DNA of 64,000 nt from Phycisphaerae bacterium (GCA_051955985.1 JBQCGD010000168.1:6777-70776), one strand, 5' to 3'. Shown: positions 50,020-60,891, numbered from the stretch's first letter. Program-made: numbers and translations. The notes: generated by a model not told the origin, from the sequence alone.

Positions 50020-51189
50020 TTAACGCCCCATCTCTTTCGCGAGTTCCCGCAAAATGCCGATCCCCGCTTCCAGCTTCGCATCCGTCGTCGCATACGAAAT
50101 GCGAAAATGCGTGTCGCGCGACGAAAACACGTTGCCCGGTATCACTAACACATTGCGGTCAATGGCCTTCTGCACGAATTCCGTGGCGCTGATCTTCCCC
50201 CCGCCAGGCACCTTCGGAAACACATAAAACGCCCCGCCCGGTGCATTGATCTCAAAATACTCCGACAGCCCCGCCACCACCCGGTCCCGCTTCTTCCGAT
50301 ACGCCTCAATATAGGACGTCATGTCCACGCCCCCCTCCCCGGCCCCCGTCCCGTGAATCGTCGACAGCGCCGCGTACTGCACCATGCTCGGCGCACAGAC
50401 GAACGTGTACTGCTGTAGCTTCGTCATCTGCTCAATCACCCCCTTCGCAGCCCCCGCCCCCGCCGCGTACCCCAGCCGCCACCCCGTCATCCCGTACGTC
50501 TTCGAGTACCCCTTCAACAGGATGCACTGCTCCGGCAGCAACCCCGCAATCGAGCGGTGCGGCTCATAGCAGAACGCGTCGTAAATCTCGTCCGAAATCA
50601 CCAGCAGGTTGTGCTTCCGCGCAATCGCCGCCGCCGCCTCCAGCTCCGCCTGCGACAGTGTGATCCCCGTCGGATTGTTCGGCGAGCACAGGATCAGCAG
50701 CTTCGTCCGCGGCGTGATCGCCGCTTCCAGCCGCTCCGGATGCAACCGGAAATCCGGATACGAATCCACCGCCACCGGCACCGCGCCGCACAACTTCGGC
50801 AGGTGCTTGTACATCACGAAATACGGATCCAAAAACAGCACCTCGTCCCCCGGATTCAGCGTCGCGAACATCGCCAGCATCAACCCCGCCGACGTGCCCG
50901 ACAGAATCAGCAGCCCCGGATCGTTCCACCCCGTGTCCCGCGTCACCTCCGCCTTCAGCGGCGTGATCAGCTCCGCAATCCCCTGCGTGGGGGTGTACCG
51001 GTTCTTCCCCTCGCGAATCGCCTTCACCGCCCCTTCCTTCAACACCTCCGGCACGTCAAAATCCGGCTGCCCGATCGACAGATTGATCGGATCCTTCAGC
51101 TTCGCCGCCAGATCAAAGACCTTCCGAATGCCCGAAGCATCAATATCCAGGGCGCGCTGGGCGATGAAAGGGGTGGGGGACTGGGCCAT
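50020..51189 (-). CDS. Class I/II pyridoxal-phosphate-dependent aminotransferase (aspartate aminotransferase-like)
   Basis: 389 aa. GQPDF, NPTG and the SKTYGMTGWRLGY PLP-lysine block. Confidence 0.85.
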   Translation of the reverse strand: MAQSPTPFIAQRALDIDASGIRKVFDLAAKLKDPINLSIGQPDFDVPEVLKEGAVKAIREGKNRYTPTQGIAELITPLKAEVTRDTGWNDPGLLILSGTSAGLMLAMFATLNPGDEVLFLDPYFVMYKHLPKLCGAVPVAVDSYPDFRLHPERLEAAITPRTKLLILCSPNNPTGITLSQAELEAAAAIARKHNLLVISDEIYDAFCYEPHRSIAGLLPEQCILLKGYSKTYGMTGWRLGYAAGAGAAKGVIEQMTKLQQYTFVCAPSMVQYAALSTIHGTGAGEGGVDMTSYIEAYRKKRDRVVAGLSEYFEINAPGGAFYVFPKVPGGGKISATEFVQKAIDRNVLVIPGNVFSSRDTHFRISYATTDAKLEAGIGILRELAKEMGR

Positions 51190-51338
51190 AAACTGCTCCT
51201 CCGTGTGCCGAATGGGCCATTGTATCGGAGCCTTCGCGACTCACCAATCTCCCCGGAAAAACTGTCCAACCCGCCCCCAATGATCCGATAATACGGAAGA
51301 TCTGGTCGATAAGCGGTGCGATTGCCGGAAAGGACTCC

Positions 51339-52475
51339 ATGATCGCGAACTTGCTCCCGCACACCCTCCCCTCCGAGGCTGCCCCTTCCCTCCCCCTTCA
51401 GATTGACCGTGGCATCATTGTCTACGGCGCAGGGCACGGAGGCCGCCAATTCGCAGAGCACCTCGCCCAAATCAAATCCCCCCCGCAGATCCTCTTCTTC
51501 TGCGACGATGACCCCGCGCGCCAGGGCGAATCCATCGCCGGTGCGCCGATCCGCTCCTCCACCGCGCTTCGCGAAAATCAGTCCGTCCCGGTCGTCATCG
51601 CCTGCGCCCGCTACGAAAGCGCCGAAACGAAGCTCCGCGCCATGGCCATTCCCTACTGCTTTGCCGAAGACTTCCTTCTCATGGGCTACGCGGCCACCGG
51701 CGGCGATGCCTGGGACAAGTGGGGCGCCCACTTCGACGTCGGCATCCTCGAGCAGGAGCGGCAATCCATCGAATCGCTCCACCGCCTCCTCGCCGATGAA
51801 GCCTCCCGCACCGTTCTCGCCGGACTCCTCAAATACCGCATCACCCGCCGCCTCTCCCAGGTCGTCATGTCCCCCTACCCCCAGTACGAACACGCGGTCG
51901 TCCAGGCCAGGACCGCCGACACCGTCGTCGAAGGCGGAGCCTGGATCGGCGACACCGCCGAACGCTTCGCACACGCCGTCGGTTCCGACGGCCGCGTCTA
52001 CTGCTTCGAACCAACCCCCGCCACCTTCGACGCCCTCACCGCCAACATGAAAAAGCTCGGCCTCGCCGACATCGTGCAACCCGTCAACGCCGGCCTCGGC
52101 GCCACCGAAGGCCGCGCCTCCTTCTGCATCTCCAGGGGCGATTCCGGCGACTTCTTCGTCGCCGGCCAGTACGGCAACGCCCCCGGCGACATCACCGTCC
52201 AGATCACCACCATCGACGCCTTCTGCAAGACCAATCGCGTCCAGCCCGGCTTCATCAAGATGGACATCGAAGGCTCCGAGCACGCCGCCATCGAAGGCGC
52301 CCGCCACACCATCACGACCTGCAAACCCCGCCTCGCCATCTGCATCTACCACAAGCCGCACGACCTCTGGTCCATCCCCCTCCGCCTCCGTGAGCTCAAC
52401 CCCGACTACCGCTTCTACCTCGGCCAGCACGCCCGCGGCATCACCGAAACCGTCATCTACGCCATCGGTGGTTAA
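51339..52475 (+). CDS. FkbM family methyltransferase with an N-terminal Rossmann-like extension
   Basis: VVEGGAWIGDTAERFA...VYCFEP is the FkbM SAM-binding core. The N-terminal IIVYGAGHGGRQ is a dinucleotide fold. Confidence 0.75.
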   Translation: MIANLLPHTLPSEAAPSLPLQIDRGIIVYGAGHGGRQFAEHLAQIKSPPQILFFCDDDPARQGESIAGAPIRSSTALRENQSVPVVIACARYESAETKLRAMAIPYCFAEDFLLMGYAATGGDAWDKWGAHFDVGILEQERQSIESLHRLLADEASRTVLAGLLKYRITRRLSQVVMSPYPQYEHAVVQARTADTVVEGGAWIGDTAERFAHAVGSDGRVYCFEPTPATFDALTANMKKLGLADIVQPVNAGLGATEGRASFCISRGDSGDFFVAGQYGNAPGDITVQITTIDAFCKTNRVQPGFIKMDIEGSEHAAIEGARHTITTCKPRLAICIYHKPHDLWSIPLRLRELNPDYRFYLGQHARGITETVIYAIGG

Positions 52476-53506
52476 TGACGATTCACCTCGTCTACGCCAA
52501 GGGAATTCGCACCAGCGCCCCGCACGTGATCACGCGGGAACTCAGCTCGCGCCTCCGCCGCCATCACAATGTCCAGGTGTACGACCTCGCCGAACGCCGC
52601 GTGATCGTCCCGGAACCCGGCGATGTCCTCATCGGTCATCCCCACCAGGACCCGCTCAGCGTCCTCACTGCAAGCTTCGCGCACGAGGGCTGGGCCAAAC
52701 GAATCATCATGTGCCCCTATTCCCACGGCATTCCCGAAATCTGCGCCTGGGTCGATGACCTCGTCTGCGCCGCCGATTCCTTCCTCGCCATCACCGGCAA
52801 CCACTGGTTCGAAACCATGGACCAGTCCCTCTTTTCGCACTGGAAATACAAGACGCGCCAGCTCGATCTCGCCGTCGATCCGCAGCATTTCCCGCCCTTG
52901 AAAACACGCTGGAATCCCCCCGGCAAACGCCGATTCCTTTACATCGGTTACTCCGCACCCGCAAAAGGAACCGACTACCTCGCCGCACTCGCCGACGCAG
53001 CCCCGCAGGTCCATTTCGGGTGGATCGGCGGTGGAACGATGACCACTGACCGCATCGAAATCCTCGGTCCCTGCGACTTCAACCTCCCAGACGCCCGCGC
53101 CCTCGTCGCCGAATACGACTTCCTCATCACCACCGGCCGTTCCGATGCGAATCCAACCACCATCCTCGAAGCCCTCGCCTGGGGCCTGCTCCCGGTCTGC
53201 ACGCCGCAATCCGGTTACCGCGGCCAGCCCTGGCTCGTGAATATTCCCCTCGACGACCTGCCTGCCGCAACACGCATCCTGCACGATCTCAATGCAGCGC
53301 CCGAAGACGAACTCCAGCATCGCGTCACCCTGGGCCGTCAGGAACTCCAGCGTCACTTCACCTGGCAGCGTTTCGCCGCCGACGTAATGACGGCGATCCA
53401 GGAGCCCGTCGCCCCGCGCCCGCCCGGCCAAAGCGACTGGGAAATGCGCGCCGCCCACAATCGGCGCAAACTCCGCGAGCTGATTCTGCCCGGGAGGGGA
53501 TCATGA
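52475..53506 (+). CDS. GT-B fold glycosyltransferase (GT4/GT1-like)
   Basis: The C-terminal half (TILEALAWGLLPVCTPQSGY) resembles the GT4 nucleotide-sugar-binding block. The start overlaps the FkbM stop as TAATG. Confidence 0.55.
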   Translation: MTIHLVYAKGIRTSAPHVITRELSSRLRRHHNVQVYDLAERRVIVPEPGDVLIGHPHQDPLSVLTASFAHEGWAKRIIMCPYSHGIPEICAWVDDLVCAADSFLAITGNHWFETMDQSLFSHWKYKTRQLDLAVDPQHFPPLKTRWNPPGKRRFLYIGYSAPAKGTDYLAALADAAPQVHFGWIGGGTMTTDRIEILGPCDFNLPDARALVAEYDFLITTGRSDANPTTILEALAWGLLPVCTPQSGYRGQPWLVNIPLDDLPAATRILHDLNAAPEDELQHRVTLGRQELQRHFTWQRFAADVMTAIQEPVAPRPPGQSDWEMRAAHNRRKLRELILPGRGS

Positions 53507-55863
53507 GCGAGATCAATCACACTGCGGAAGCCGCAACCGCCCTCCGCGCTGCCCGCACCGTGCTCGTGCTGCGTACCGACGCCATCGGCGACAACGTCCT
53601 TGCCTCCGCGCTCCTCCCGCACCTGCGCGCCGCCTGCTCGAACGCCCGCCTCGTTTATGCCTGCCAGGACCGTGTCGCCGACCTCTTCACCGTTTCGCCG
53701 CACCTCGACCACGTCGTCCAGTTCAATCGCGGGCGAGCTTACGCAGATGAAGGCTATCGCCAGGAAGTGATCGCCACGCTTCGCGCCCTCCACGCCGATA
53801 TCGTTCTCACTCCTATGTTCACCCGCGAACCCCTCTGCGATGTGCTCACCGCTCAAACGCGAGCCCCGCTGCGCATCGGCTTCCTCTGCGATTCCGCGGC
53901 AGAGCGCGACGCCTCCTACACCCACCTCGTGGAACCGCGGGCCGGCTGGGGCTTGGAATTGGCGAGGGTTTCCGAGTTCCTCGACGCGTTCGACCTCCGC
54001 ACCAACGCTGCCCAGCTCCGCCCGGAAGTGCCACTCACGCCCGCCGACCTCCAATTCGCCCACGATTTCTGCACCACGCGCGACATCGATCCCGCCCGCG
54101 CCATTGTCTTGTTCGCCGGCGCTCTGGCCGAATACCGCATCCCGCGCGAAATCGCACCCGCCCTCGCAATCGCCTTGAATCCGCGGGAATACACAATCAT
54201 CTCCCTCGGCGCCGCCCCAGAATTCGCCCTCCACGAAGAAATGATGCGCGGCCTCGGCTTCCGCCACCTCAACCTCTGCGGCCGCACCTCCATCCGGCAG
54301 ACCGCCGCCCTCCTCCAACGCGCACAACTCGCCGTCGGCGCCGAAACCGGCTCCGCGCATCTCGCATGCGCTGTCGGAACAAGGAACGTCGTCGTCCTCG
54401 GCGGCGGACACTTCGGCCGCTTCATGCCCTGGTCCCCACTCACCACCGCCGCCTCCGTCCCCCTCGAATGCTTCCAGTGCGATTGGAAGTGCCGGCACGC
54501 CCATGTGCATTGCATCCGCGACGTCCAGGCCTCCACCATCGCCGCCGCCATCCGCACAGCGCTCCAGGGCAATTCCCCGAAGCCCCGCCTCGTCGTTCAA
54601 ACCTCATCCGCCTCGGAAATTCCAACATCCGATATCCGGCAATGGATCGATCCCGCCGCCGTCGAGATCATCCCCGTCGCAGGCGACCCCGCCTCCGTAA
54701 TCCGTCTCCCCTCCGCCCCTCCCTCCGATGCAATCCCCCCTGCATTTCGCGTCACCGCCATCGTTTCCACCTACAACGCCGAACACCTCCTCGCCGGCTG
54801 CCTCCAGGATCTCGTCGATCAAACCCTCTTCGCCCGCGGCGAGCTCGAAATCCTCATCATCGACAGCGCCTCCCCTACGAACGAACGCGCCATCGTCGAC
54901 TCCTTCCAACGTCTGCACGGCGACGACCGCATCCGGTGCATCCGCACCGCTGAACGCGAAACCCTCTACGCCGCATGGAACCGCGGCATCGACGCCGCCC
55001 GCGGCCAATACCTCACCAACGCAAACACCGACGACCGCCACCACCCCGAAATGCTCGAAATCCTCGCCGACACCCTCGACCAGCACCCCGACGCCGTTCT
55101 CGCTTATGCCGACAGCGATGTCACCCATGACGAAAACGCCTCCTGGTCCGATGCACGCCGCGTGAAGCATCTCGACTGGCCCGATTTCGATCGCAACACC
55201 CTCTTCGAAAACAATTTCGCCGGTCCCCACCCCATGTGGCGCCGCACCGTGCACGACGAGGTCGGCTGCTTCGACTCAACGATGATCTCCTCCGGCGACT
55301 ACGAATTCTGGCTCCGCCTCGCCCTTCAATCAAAATTCATCCATGTTCCCCGTCGCCTCGGCCTCTATCTCGAAAACCCCAACAGCATCTCGCTCGGAAA
55401 CGCCGGACTCGCCTGGTACGAATCCCAGGTCGCACGCCAACGCTACTGGAACCAGCAGTGGGGCGAAAACCCGGGAACAAGGCACACCACCACCGCTTTC
55501 CGCAACCTTGCCGCGCAAATCGCCTCCCTCCCGGAAAACACGTGCGTCGCACTCTTCGGCGCCGGCCAGCACACGAAGCGCCACATCGAACGCTTCATCG
55601 CCGCAATCGAACCTCATGCACGCCTCGCTGCAATCCTCGACGACCGTGCCTCCACAGGAGCTGCCCTCGCCGGCCGCCCCATCATCGCCCCCGCCGATGC
55701 AGCGGAGTTCGACATTCAGGCAGTCGTCATCTCGTCCGACACCTACGAAGCGGCCCTCGCCGCGCGGGCAATGGAGGCCCTGCCTCCCGAGCTCCCCATC
55801 CTCGCCCTCTATCGCCCGGACCTTGGCCGCTCCGCCGCCCCGGAAAGCATCGGCGCCGCATGA
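53503..55863 (+). CDS. Fusion glycosyltransferase: N-terminal GT9 (heptosyltransferase-like) domain plus central GT2 domain plus C-terminal Rossmann-like domain
   Basis: N-terminus LVLRTDAIGDNVLASALLPHLRAA (GT9 hallmark). Central VSTYNAEHLL...IIDSASPTNE...DDRHHPEML (GT2 DxD/ED). ATGA overlap with the upstream GT. Confidence 0.7.
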   Translation: MSEINHTAEAATALRAARTVLVLRTDAIGDNVLASALLPHLRAACSNARLVYACQDRVADLFTVSPHLDHVVQFNRGRAYADEGYRQEVIATLRALHADIVLTPMFTREPLCDVLTAQTRAPLRIGFLCDSAAERDASYTHLVEPRAGWGLELARVSEFLDAFDLRTNAAQLRPEVPLTPADLQFAHDFCTTRDIDPARAIVLFAGALAEYRIPREIAPALAIALNPREYTIISLGAAPEFALHEEMMRGLGFRHLNLCGRTSIRQTAALLQRAQLAVGAETGSAHLACAVGTRNVVVLGGGHFGRFMPWSPLTTAASVPLECFQCDWKCRHAHVHCIRDVQASTIAAAIRTALQGNSPKPRLVVQTSSASEIPTSDIRQWIDPAAVEIIPVAGDPASVIRLPSAPPSDAIPPAFRVTAIVSTYNAEHLLAGCLQDLVDQTLFARGELEILIIDSASPTNERAIVDSFQRLHGDDRIRCIRTAERETLYAAWNRGIDAARGQYLTNANTDDRHHPEMLEILADTLDQHPDAVLAYADSDVTHDENASWSDARRVKHLDWPDFDRNTLFENNFAGPHPMWRRTVHDEVGCFDSTMISSGDYEFWLRLALQSKFIHVPRRLGLYLENPNSISLGNAGLAWYESQVARQRYWNQQWGENPGTRHTTTAFRNLAAQIASLPENTCVALFGAGQHTKRHIERFIAAIEPHARLAAILDDRASTGAALAGRPIIAPADAAEFDIQAVVISSDTYEAALAARAMEALPPELPILALYRPDLGRSAAPESIGAA

Positions 55864-55941
55864 GGAATTTTCACGAAGCCGCTCCGCCGCTGCCGAAAAG
55901 TGATGCAGTGTCCCACCGTCCTCCAGTTCAGGAACCCACCC

Positions 55942-56754
55942 ATGGCCGAAGCATGGTTCGTTGATGAAGGTGTAAACATCCTCCGCGGCGCCGCCGCCGA
56001 AGCCGCCATTCGCGACCGCTCCGACGCCAGGCACCTCGTGCCCGGCAAAGGCATCGTCCGCATCCCGGCAGAACGCTGGAAAATCGCCCAGACCTTCGAA
56101 CGCACCGGCTGGATGGAAAAATGGCGCGGCACCTCCGATGACCGCAACCTCCTCCACGCCGAGGCCTGCAACCACTACCACGCACTCGCAGGCCGCCGGT
56201 TTGAACACGCTATCGAACTCGGCTGCGGCCCCTTCACCAACATCCGCGTCATCGCCGACATCGCCGATATTGCCAAAACCACGCTGCTCGACCCCCTCAT
56301 GGCCTCCTACCTCGAACTCCCGAAGTGCCGCTATTCCCGCACCGAACTGCGCACCCACTCCGCCAGCCGCGTGATCCCCATCGCCGAAACGATGATCTGC
56401 CCCATCGAAGAAATGCCCGTGGAAAACCGCCGTTACGACCTCGTCGTCATGATGAACGTCATTGAACACTGCTTCGACGTGCAGAAAATCTTCGAAAAGA
56501 TTCTCGCCATCACCGCACCCGGCGCCATCTTCGTCTTCCACGATGCCATCTACGACGCCGACAAAACCGCCAGCGTCGTGAAAGGCCACTACTACGAGGC
56601 CGGCCACCCGCTCATGGTCGCATTCCCCCTGCTCCAGGCCTTCATGAAAGACCATTTCGAAACGCTCCATTACACCGAGGTCCCCGAACCCGCCGACCAG
56701 ATCGAAGTCTGCCCTCACGTCGGCCTCTTCTACTTCATCGGAAGACGTCGCTGA
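55942..56754 (+). CDS. Class I SAM-dependent methyltransferase
   Basis: YDLVVMMNVIEHCFDVQKIFEKILAITAPGAIFVFHD is a methyltransferase type 11/12 post-I region. The Met at 55942 was chosen. Confidence 0.6.
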   Translation: MAEAWFVDEGVNILRGAAAEAAIRDRSDARHLVPGKGIVRIPAERWKIAQTFERTGWMEKWRGTSDDRNLLHAEACNHYHALAGRRFEHAIELGCGPFTNIRVIADIADIAKTTLLDPLMASYLELPKCRYSRTELRTHSASRVIPIAETMICPIEEMPVENRRYDLVVMMNVIEHCFDVQKIFEKILAITAPGAIFVFHDAIYDADKTASVVKGHYYEAGHPLMVAFPLLQAFMKDHFETLHYTEVPEPADQIEVCPHVGLFYFIGRRR

Positions 56755-56782
56755 TCAAGCACGCCTCCCGTGTTTCCGCCCC

Positions 56783-59131
56783 TCACCCCGTCGCTCCACA
56801 CCCCAGCCCGCGCATCACGTGCGCGAGAAACGACTTCCACCGCACGTCATAGCTGAAGTGCATCTGCAGCGATTCCCCTAATTGCGCCCCCATCGCCTCC
56901 CGCTCCGCGTCGCTCGAGAGAAACCGCGTCGCCATCGCACGCAGCTCCTCCGCATTTGAAAATCCGATCTCCCGCAGCGACGGCATCAGCAAAAACGGGT
57001 GCGGCACAAACTGCGCGCTCGCAAGACCGCGGACAATGACCTCCTCTGACAACCCCGATTCCTTCACGCGCCGATGGTACTCCGAAGAAACCTTCGACCA
57101 CGCCGCCGCCAGCTTCTCGTCCCGGAGCGCATCCAACTCCTCAATCGAGCGAATGTCGCGCGCCGTCACCGCCTGGCTCACCAGGTGAATCGCTTCCTGC
57201 ACCGATGCATCCGCGCGCTCATATTCCGTGCGCCGAAAAAGGAAAAATCCCCCCGCCGCGATCCCATCCAGCAGCCGCGAATGCAATATTCCCGTCCCAA
57301 TAATCTGCAGGTTGATAAGTGACGCCGCGCTGATCGCCTCCACCTCCCGCCCCTGTTGCGCCGGCCCCGCCGCATGTTTTCCGAGGCTTGGGTGCTTCTC
57401 CCACCCCGCGCCATACAAACGCAGCGTCCGGTTCGTCTCCTGGCAGTAATCGCTCACCCACTGCAGCGTCTGGTGCCGAAACGCGCGATCCGCCACCAGC
57501 AGTGCCGAGATCGTCATTTCGCTCATCACCGCGTCCGGAGCCAGCGGAAACCGCTGCAGCAGCTCCCGCATCACGCGCGCCCGCACCGCATCTTCATGCC
57601 AGGAATCATTCCTCGCCGCCAGGATGCCGTCCGTAATCTCTCGGAATGCCGCCGCGTATTCGCCAAATCGCCCCACATGCTCGTCACGCAGCGCTTCCGC
57701 CGTCCCCGACGCATTCGAAATGTAGCTGAAATCGCAGCGATACCGCTCCTTCTCCTCCGCCGTCAACGTCACCCCGCGATACCGCCGCATCGCCGACGCA
57801 AGATGACACGGAAACCCATTCCGCAGCGGCCACCCGAGATAGATGTACCCGTGCAACGCCCCATGCCCCGCCACAAACGTCATCCCATCCAGACTCGCCG
57901 TCGCCTGCTCCGTCCGCATGCACGGCAGATTATCCTGGTCCCAGCACAAAAACGGCACGTTCGCCGGCAGATTCGGATTCTCGTACCGCATCCGCGAGAT
58001 CTGCACGATCAGGTCCGGCTTGAACTCCGCGATCATCTCCAGGTACGGGTTCTCCACCGACTGATCGTCCGGCTCCATCGCCACGCGCATCTCCTGCCCC
58101 GCCGCCTCCGCCGCCTCGCACAACTCCGCCATCGAATACCGCAGCACCGTCGTGTACCGGCTCGTGATCCCCAGCACCCGCAGCCGCTCCCCCCGCCCGC
58201 GCGCCGCATCCTCATACCGCTTCCGCCAGTACGCCGCCCCCTTGTCCGCGTAATACCCCTTCGCCGCCGCCGCCAACGCCTCCCTCCGCTGGTTCCGCGC
58301 CGCTATCAATTCCTTGATCATTCCCTCCGCCCCCGTCGATTCCTGCCCCCGAAGCGCACACCGGATGAACTGCTCCGGCAAACTCCACGACGGTTGCGCT
58401 TCCACCTCCCGCCGAAACGCCGCCCCCGCCGCCGCCGGCGTTTCCCCGATAAACCACCGCACCCGCTCCTGCCGAATGCTCTCCTGCAGATCATGCATGT
58501 GAAACAGCATCGCCAGCCCCAGCGGATCCCCCTCCAGCACGTACACCGCGCAACTGTAATTCAGGTACGTCCGCTCCGTCGTCCCCAGCACCTTGAGGAA
58601 CAGCCACCCGAACCCCAGGCTCTCAAACGCCACCGGCCCCAGCACCGGCTGCCGCGCACGGTCATACCGCCACAGCCCCTCCGCCGCCCGATGCATCGCC
58701 AGCCCCCCAAGCCACGCCCCCGGCATCTCCTTCGTCGTGTCCAGCACCTGGAAATTCCCATCCGCCGCACTGTGAAGCTCGAACCGCTCCAGCTCTCGCG
58801 CCGCCAGCTCCACCAGCGCCGCCCCCGCCGGATCACGCACTCCCAGCGCCGCTAGGTTCGCCGCAAACCGCCGCGCCCGGCTCTTCCACGGCACCACCCC
58901 CGTGCTGATCTTGTCGCCCGAATCCTTCACCACTCGCTGCGCCGCCGACAGCAACCCCAACGCCCCAAGCGCCCGCGCATACGCCCCGATCGCCGCCCCA
59001 TCCCCTGCGTTCGCCGTCAGCAGCGCCCCCGCCACCTCCGCCACCGCGTACGGATCCTTCTTCACCTCGGCAACCGCCAGCAGCCGCCGCACTGCTTCCA
59101 CATTGATCATCGCATCCCTGCTTTCCCCCAC
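56783..59131 (-). CDS. Large (782 aa) CgeB-like protein (DUF3880-like plus Glyco_trans_1_2-like C-terminal region), probable glycosyltransferase or accessory factor
   Basis: EFKPDLIVQISRMRY block and C-terminal LRLYGAGWEKHP...IIGTGILHSRLLDGIAAGGFFLF. The assignment is from memory of the family and is weak. Confidence 0.4.
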   Translation of the reverse strand: MGESRDAMINVEAVRRLLAVAEVKKDPYAVAEVAGALLTANAGDGAAIGAYARALGALGLLSAAQRVVKDSGDKISTGVVPWKSRARRFAANLAALGVRDPAGAALVELAARELERFELHSAADGNFQVLDTTKEMPGAWLGGLAMHRAAEGLWRYDRARQPVLGPVAFESLGFGWLFLKVLGTTERTYLNYSCAVYVLEGDPLGLAMLFHMHDLQESIRQERVRWFIGETPAAAGAAFRREVEAQPSWSLPEQFIRCALRGQESTGAEGMIKELIAARNQRREALAAAAKGYYADKGAAYWRKRYEDAARGRGERLRVLGITSRYTTVLRYSMAELCEAAEAAGQEMRVAMEPDDQSVENPYLEMIAEFKPDLIVQISRMRYENPNLPANVPFLCWDQDNLPCMRTEQATASLDGMTFVAGHGALHGYIYLGWPLRNGFPCHLASAMRRYRGVTLTAEEKERYRCDFSYISNASGTAEALRDEHVGRFGEYAAAFREITDGILAARNDSWHEDAVRARVMRELLQRFPLAPDAVMSEMTISALLVADRAFRHQTLQWVSDYCQETNRTLRLYGAGWEKHPSLGKHAAGPAQQGREVEAISAASLINLQIIGTGILHSRLLDGIAAGGFFLFRRTEYERADASVQEAIHLVSQAVTARDIRSIEELDALRDEKLAAAWSKVSSEYHRRVKESGLSEEVIVRGLASAQFVPHPFLLMPSLREIGFSNAEELRAMATRFLSSDAEREAMGAQLGESLQMHFSYDVRWKSFLAHVMRGLGCGATG

Positions 59132-59233
59132 AATATCGGCACGCCCGGCACCCCCGCAGAAAAGATTCGCCCCTCGACTCTCCCCCGGTAGGGGGGATCA
59201 AACCCCCGCAACTCCTCCCCGCCCCCCCGCCAC

Positions 59234-60775
59234 TCACCCCGCCACCACCCGCTGAATCAGCACCTGCTCCTTCCCCTCCAATTTCGCGTAATACCACCCC
59301 GCCAGCACCCGGAACCCCGGATTCTGAATCGTCGCCCCCAGCACCATCCCGCTCAGCCAGTCCGTCACCTCCGCGTGCCCCTCGCGCGCCAGAATCAACG
59401 CCGCATAATTCGCCGCCATCTCCGCTGTCTTCGTCTTCCGCAGGCTGTCCCACACCGGCAGCACCAGCGCCGACTGGTCCTTCGCATTCGACCGGTAAAT
59501 CCCCGCCATCACCGCCTCCACCACCGCACGGTTGTTCGACGTCAGCAGCGACGCCACACGCTCCCGCCCCTTGTTCTCCGGCAACTCCACCAGCTTCTCC
59601 GCCGCCAGCACCGCCCGCTCATAATCCCGCCCGCGCACCTCGTCCACGATCGTCGATTGCCCGATCACCGCCGTCAGCAGCTCCACCCGCCGCTCCATCT
59701 CCGCCCGGTCGCTGTACGCCAGCGCCCAGTCCAGAACGATCGGATGCCCCTGCTTGATCAACTTCACCAGCCGCGACGTGATGTCCCGCCCGCTCGCCCC
59801 CTCCTTTGATATGCTCCCGATCGTGCTCACCAGCTCCGACCGCGATTCCGCAATCGGCGTCAGCATCGACGGCTTCAACTGCGGCCCGAATTCCAGCGAA
59901 ATCAGCCCCAGCTTCACCTGCTGAATCGTGTCCCGCTGCCCCTGGATCAGCGACGCCAGCACCCGCGGCCCCTCCGGATGCTTGATCGCCAGCAGCGTCG
60001 TCACCGCCGTGTACCGCAGCCCCTCGTCGTTCTCCTCGTCCTTCGCCACCTCCAGCACCCACGGCCCCGCGTTCTTGATGTCCTCTTTCTGAATCCGCAC
60101 CAGCATCATCGCTTCCACCGCCGCCTGGCGCAGGTTGTGCGCGCTCGACATCTCGTGCAGCACCTTCAACGCCGCCTGGTTGTCCGCCGCGTCATCCCCC
60201 TCCAGCAGGATCGTCGCCGCGTAATACCGCACCACGTCCTTGTCCGATTCCAGCAGCTTCCGGATCTGGTCGCGGTCCTTCAACGCCTTGCGGTAATCCA
60301 GTTCCCCCACCGCCATCGCCTTCAACGTCGGGTCCGAGGCATCATGCAGGATCTGCACGAGCTGGTCGTTCGTGACAATGTCCGTCTCGATCAGCGCCGC
60401 CACCGCCGACGCCACCAGTTGCGGATCCTTCGCCGTAAGCAGTTGCTTCAGGTCCAGCCGCTTCGGATCTTTCGTGATCACAATCGATGCGATCATCCCG
60501 TAAAGCTGGTTCTCCTTCACCGAGCTTTGCCGCAGCTTCTCGAACAGCGGCAGCAGGTTCGGATCTCGCGACGACCGCAACGCCGAAATGATCAGCCCCG
60601 CATCCCGGCTCGCCCCCATCGGTGCATCCTGCGCGTCCTTGAACGCTCGCGCCAGCAAACTCCCCGCATTCTCCAGCGTCGGCCCCGCATCCTCCGCGCG
60701 CGCCCCGGCGCCCATCAGACTGCACATCGCAAGAACAGGAAGAATCCGAATGGCCTGGCGGCGAAGTGGCGTCAC
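59234..60775 (-). CDS. Secreted HEAT/ARM-repeat protein
   Basis: Repeated helical pairs with the DP.VR..A...L signature throughout. GTG start chosen at 60775 (GGAG RBS 6 nt upstream), giving a clean signal peptide MTPLRRQAIRILPVLAMCSLMGAGARA. The track ORF extends to 60895 through a non-hydrophobic leader. Confidence 0.55.
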   Translation of the reverse strand: MTPLRRQAIRILPVLAMCSLMGAGARAEDAGPTLENAGSLLARAFKDAQDAPMGASRDAGLIISALRSSRDPNLLPLFEKLRQSSVKENQLYGMIASIVITKDPKRLDLKQLLTAKDPQLVASAVAALIETDIVTNDQLVQILHDASDPTLKAMAVGELDYRKALKDRDQIRKLLESDKDVVRYYAATILLEGDDAADNQAALKVLHEMSSAHNLRQAAVEAMMLVRIQKEDIKNAGPWVLEVAKDEENDEGLRYTAVTTLLAIKHPEGPRVLASLIQGQRDTIQQVKLGLISLEFGPQLKPSMLTPIAESRSELVSTIGSISKEGASGRDITSRLVKLIKQGHPIVLDWALAYSDRAEMERRVELLTAVIGQSTIVDEVRGRDYERAVLAAEKLVELPENKGRERVASLLTSNNRAVVEAVMAGIYRSNAKDQSALVLPVWDSLRKTKTAEMAANYAALILAREGHAEVTDWLSGMVLGATIQNPGFRVLAGWYYAKLEGKEQVLIQRVVAG

Positions 60776-60891
60776 GAAGCGCTCCAACTCAGCGGAAATC
60801 GGGTTGCAGACAGCGAGCGATGAATTGTACTGCGAAGCGCAACCCTTGTCAGCGCAACGGAAAAACGCTTCTCCTTCCCCCCACCCATTCC

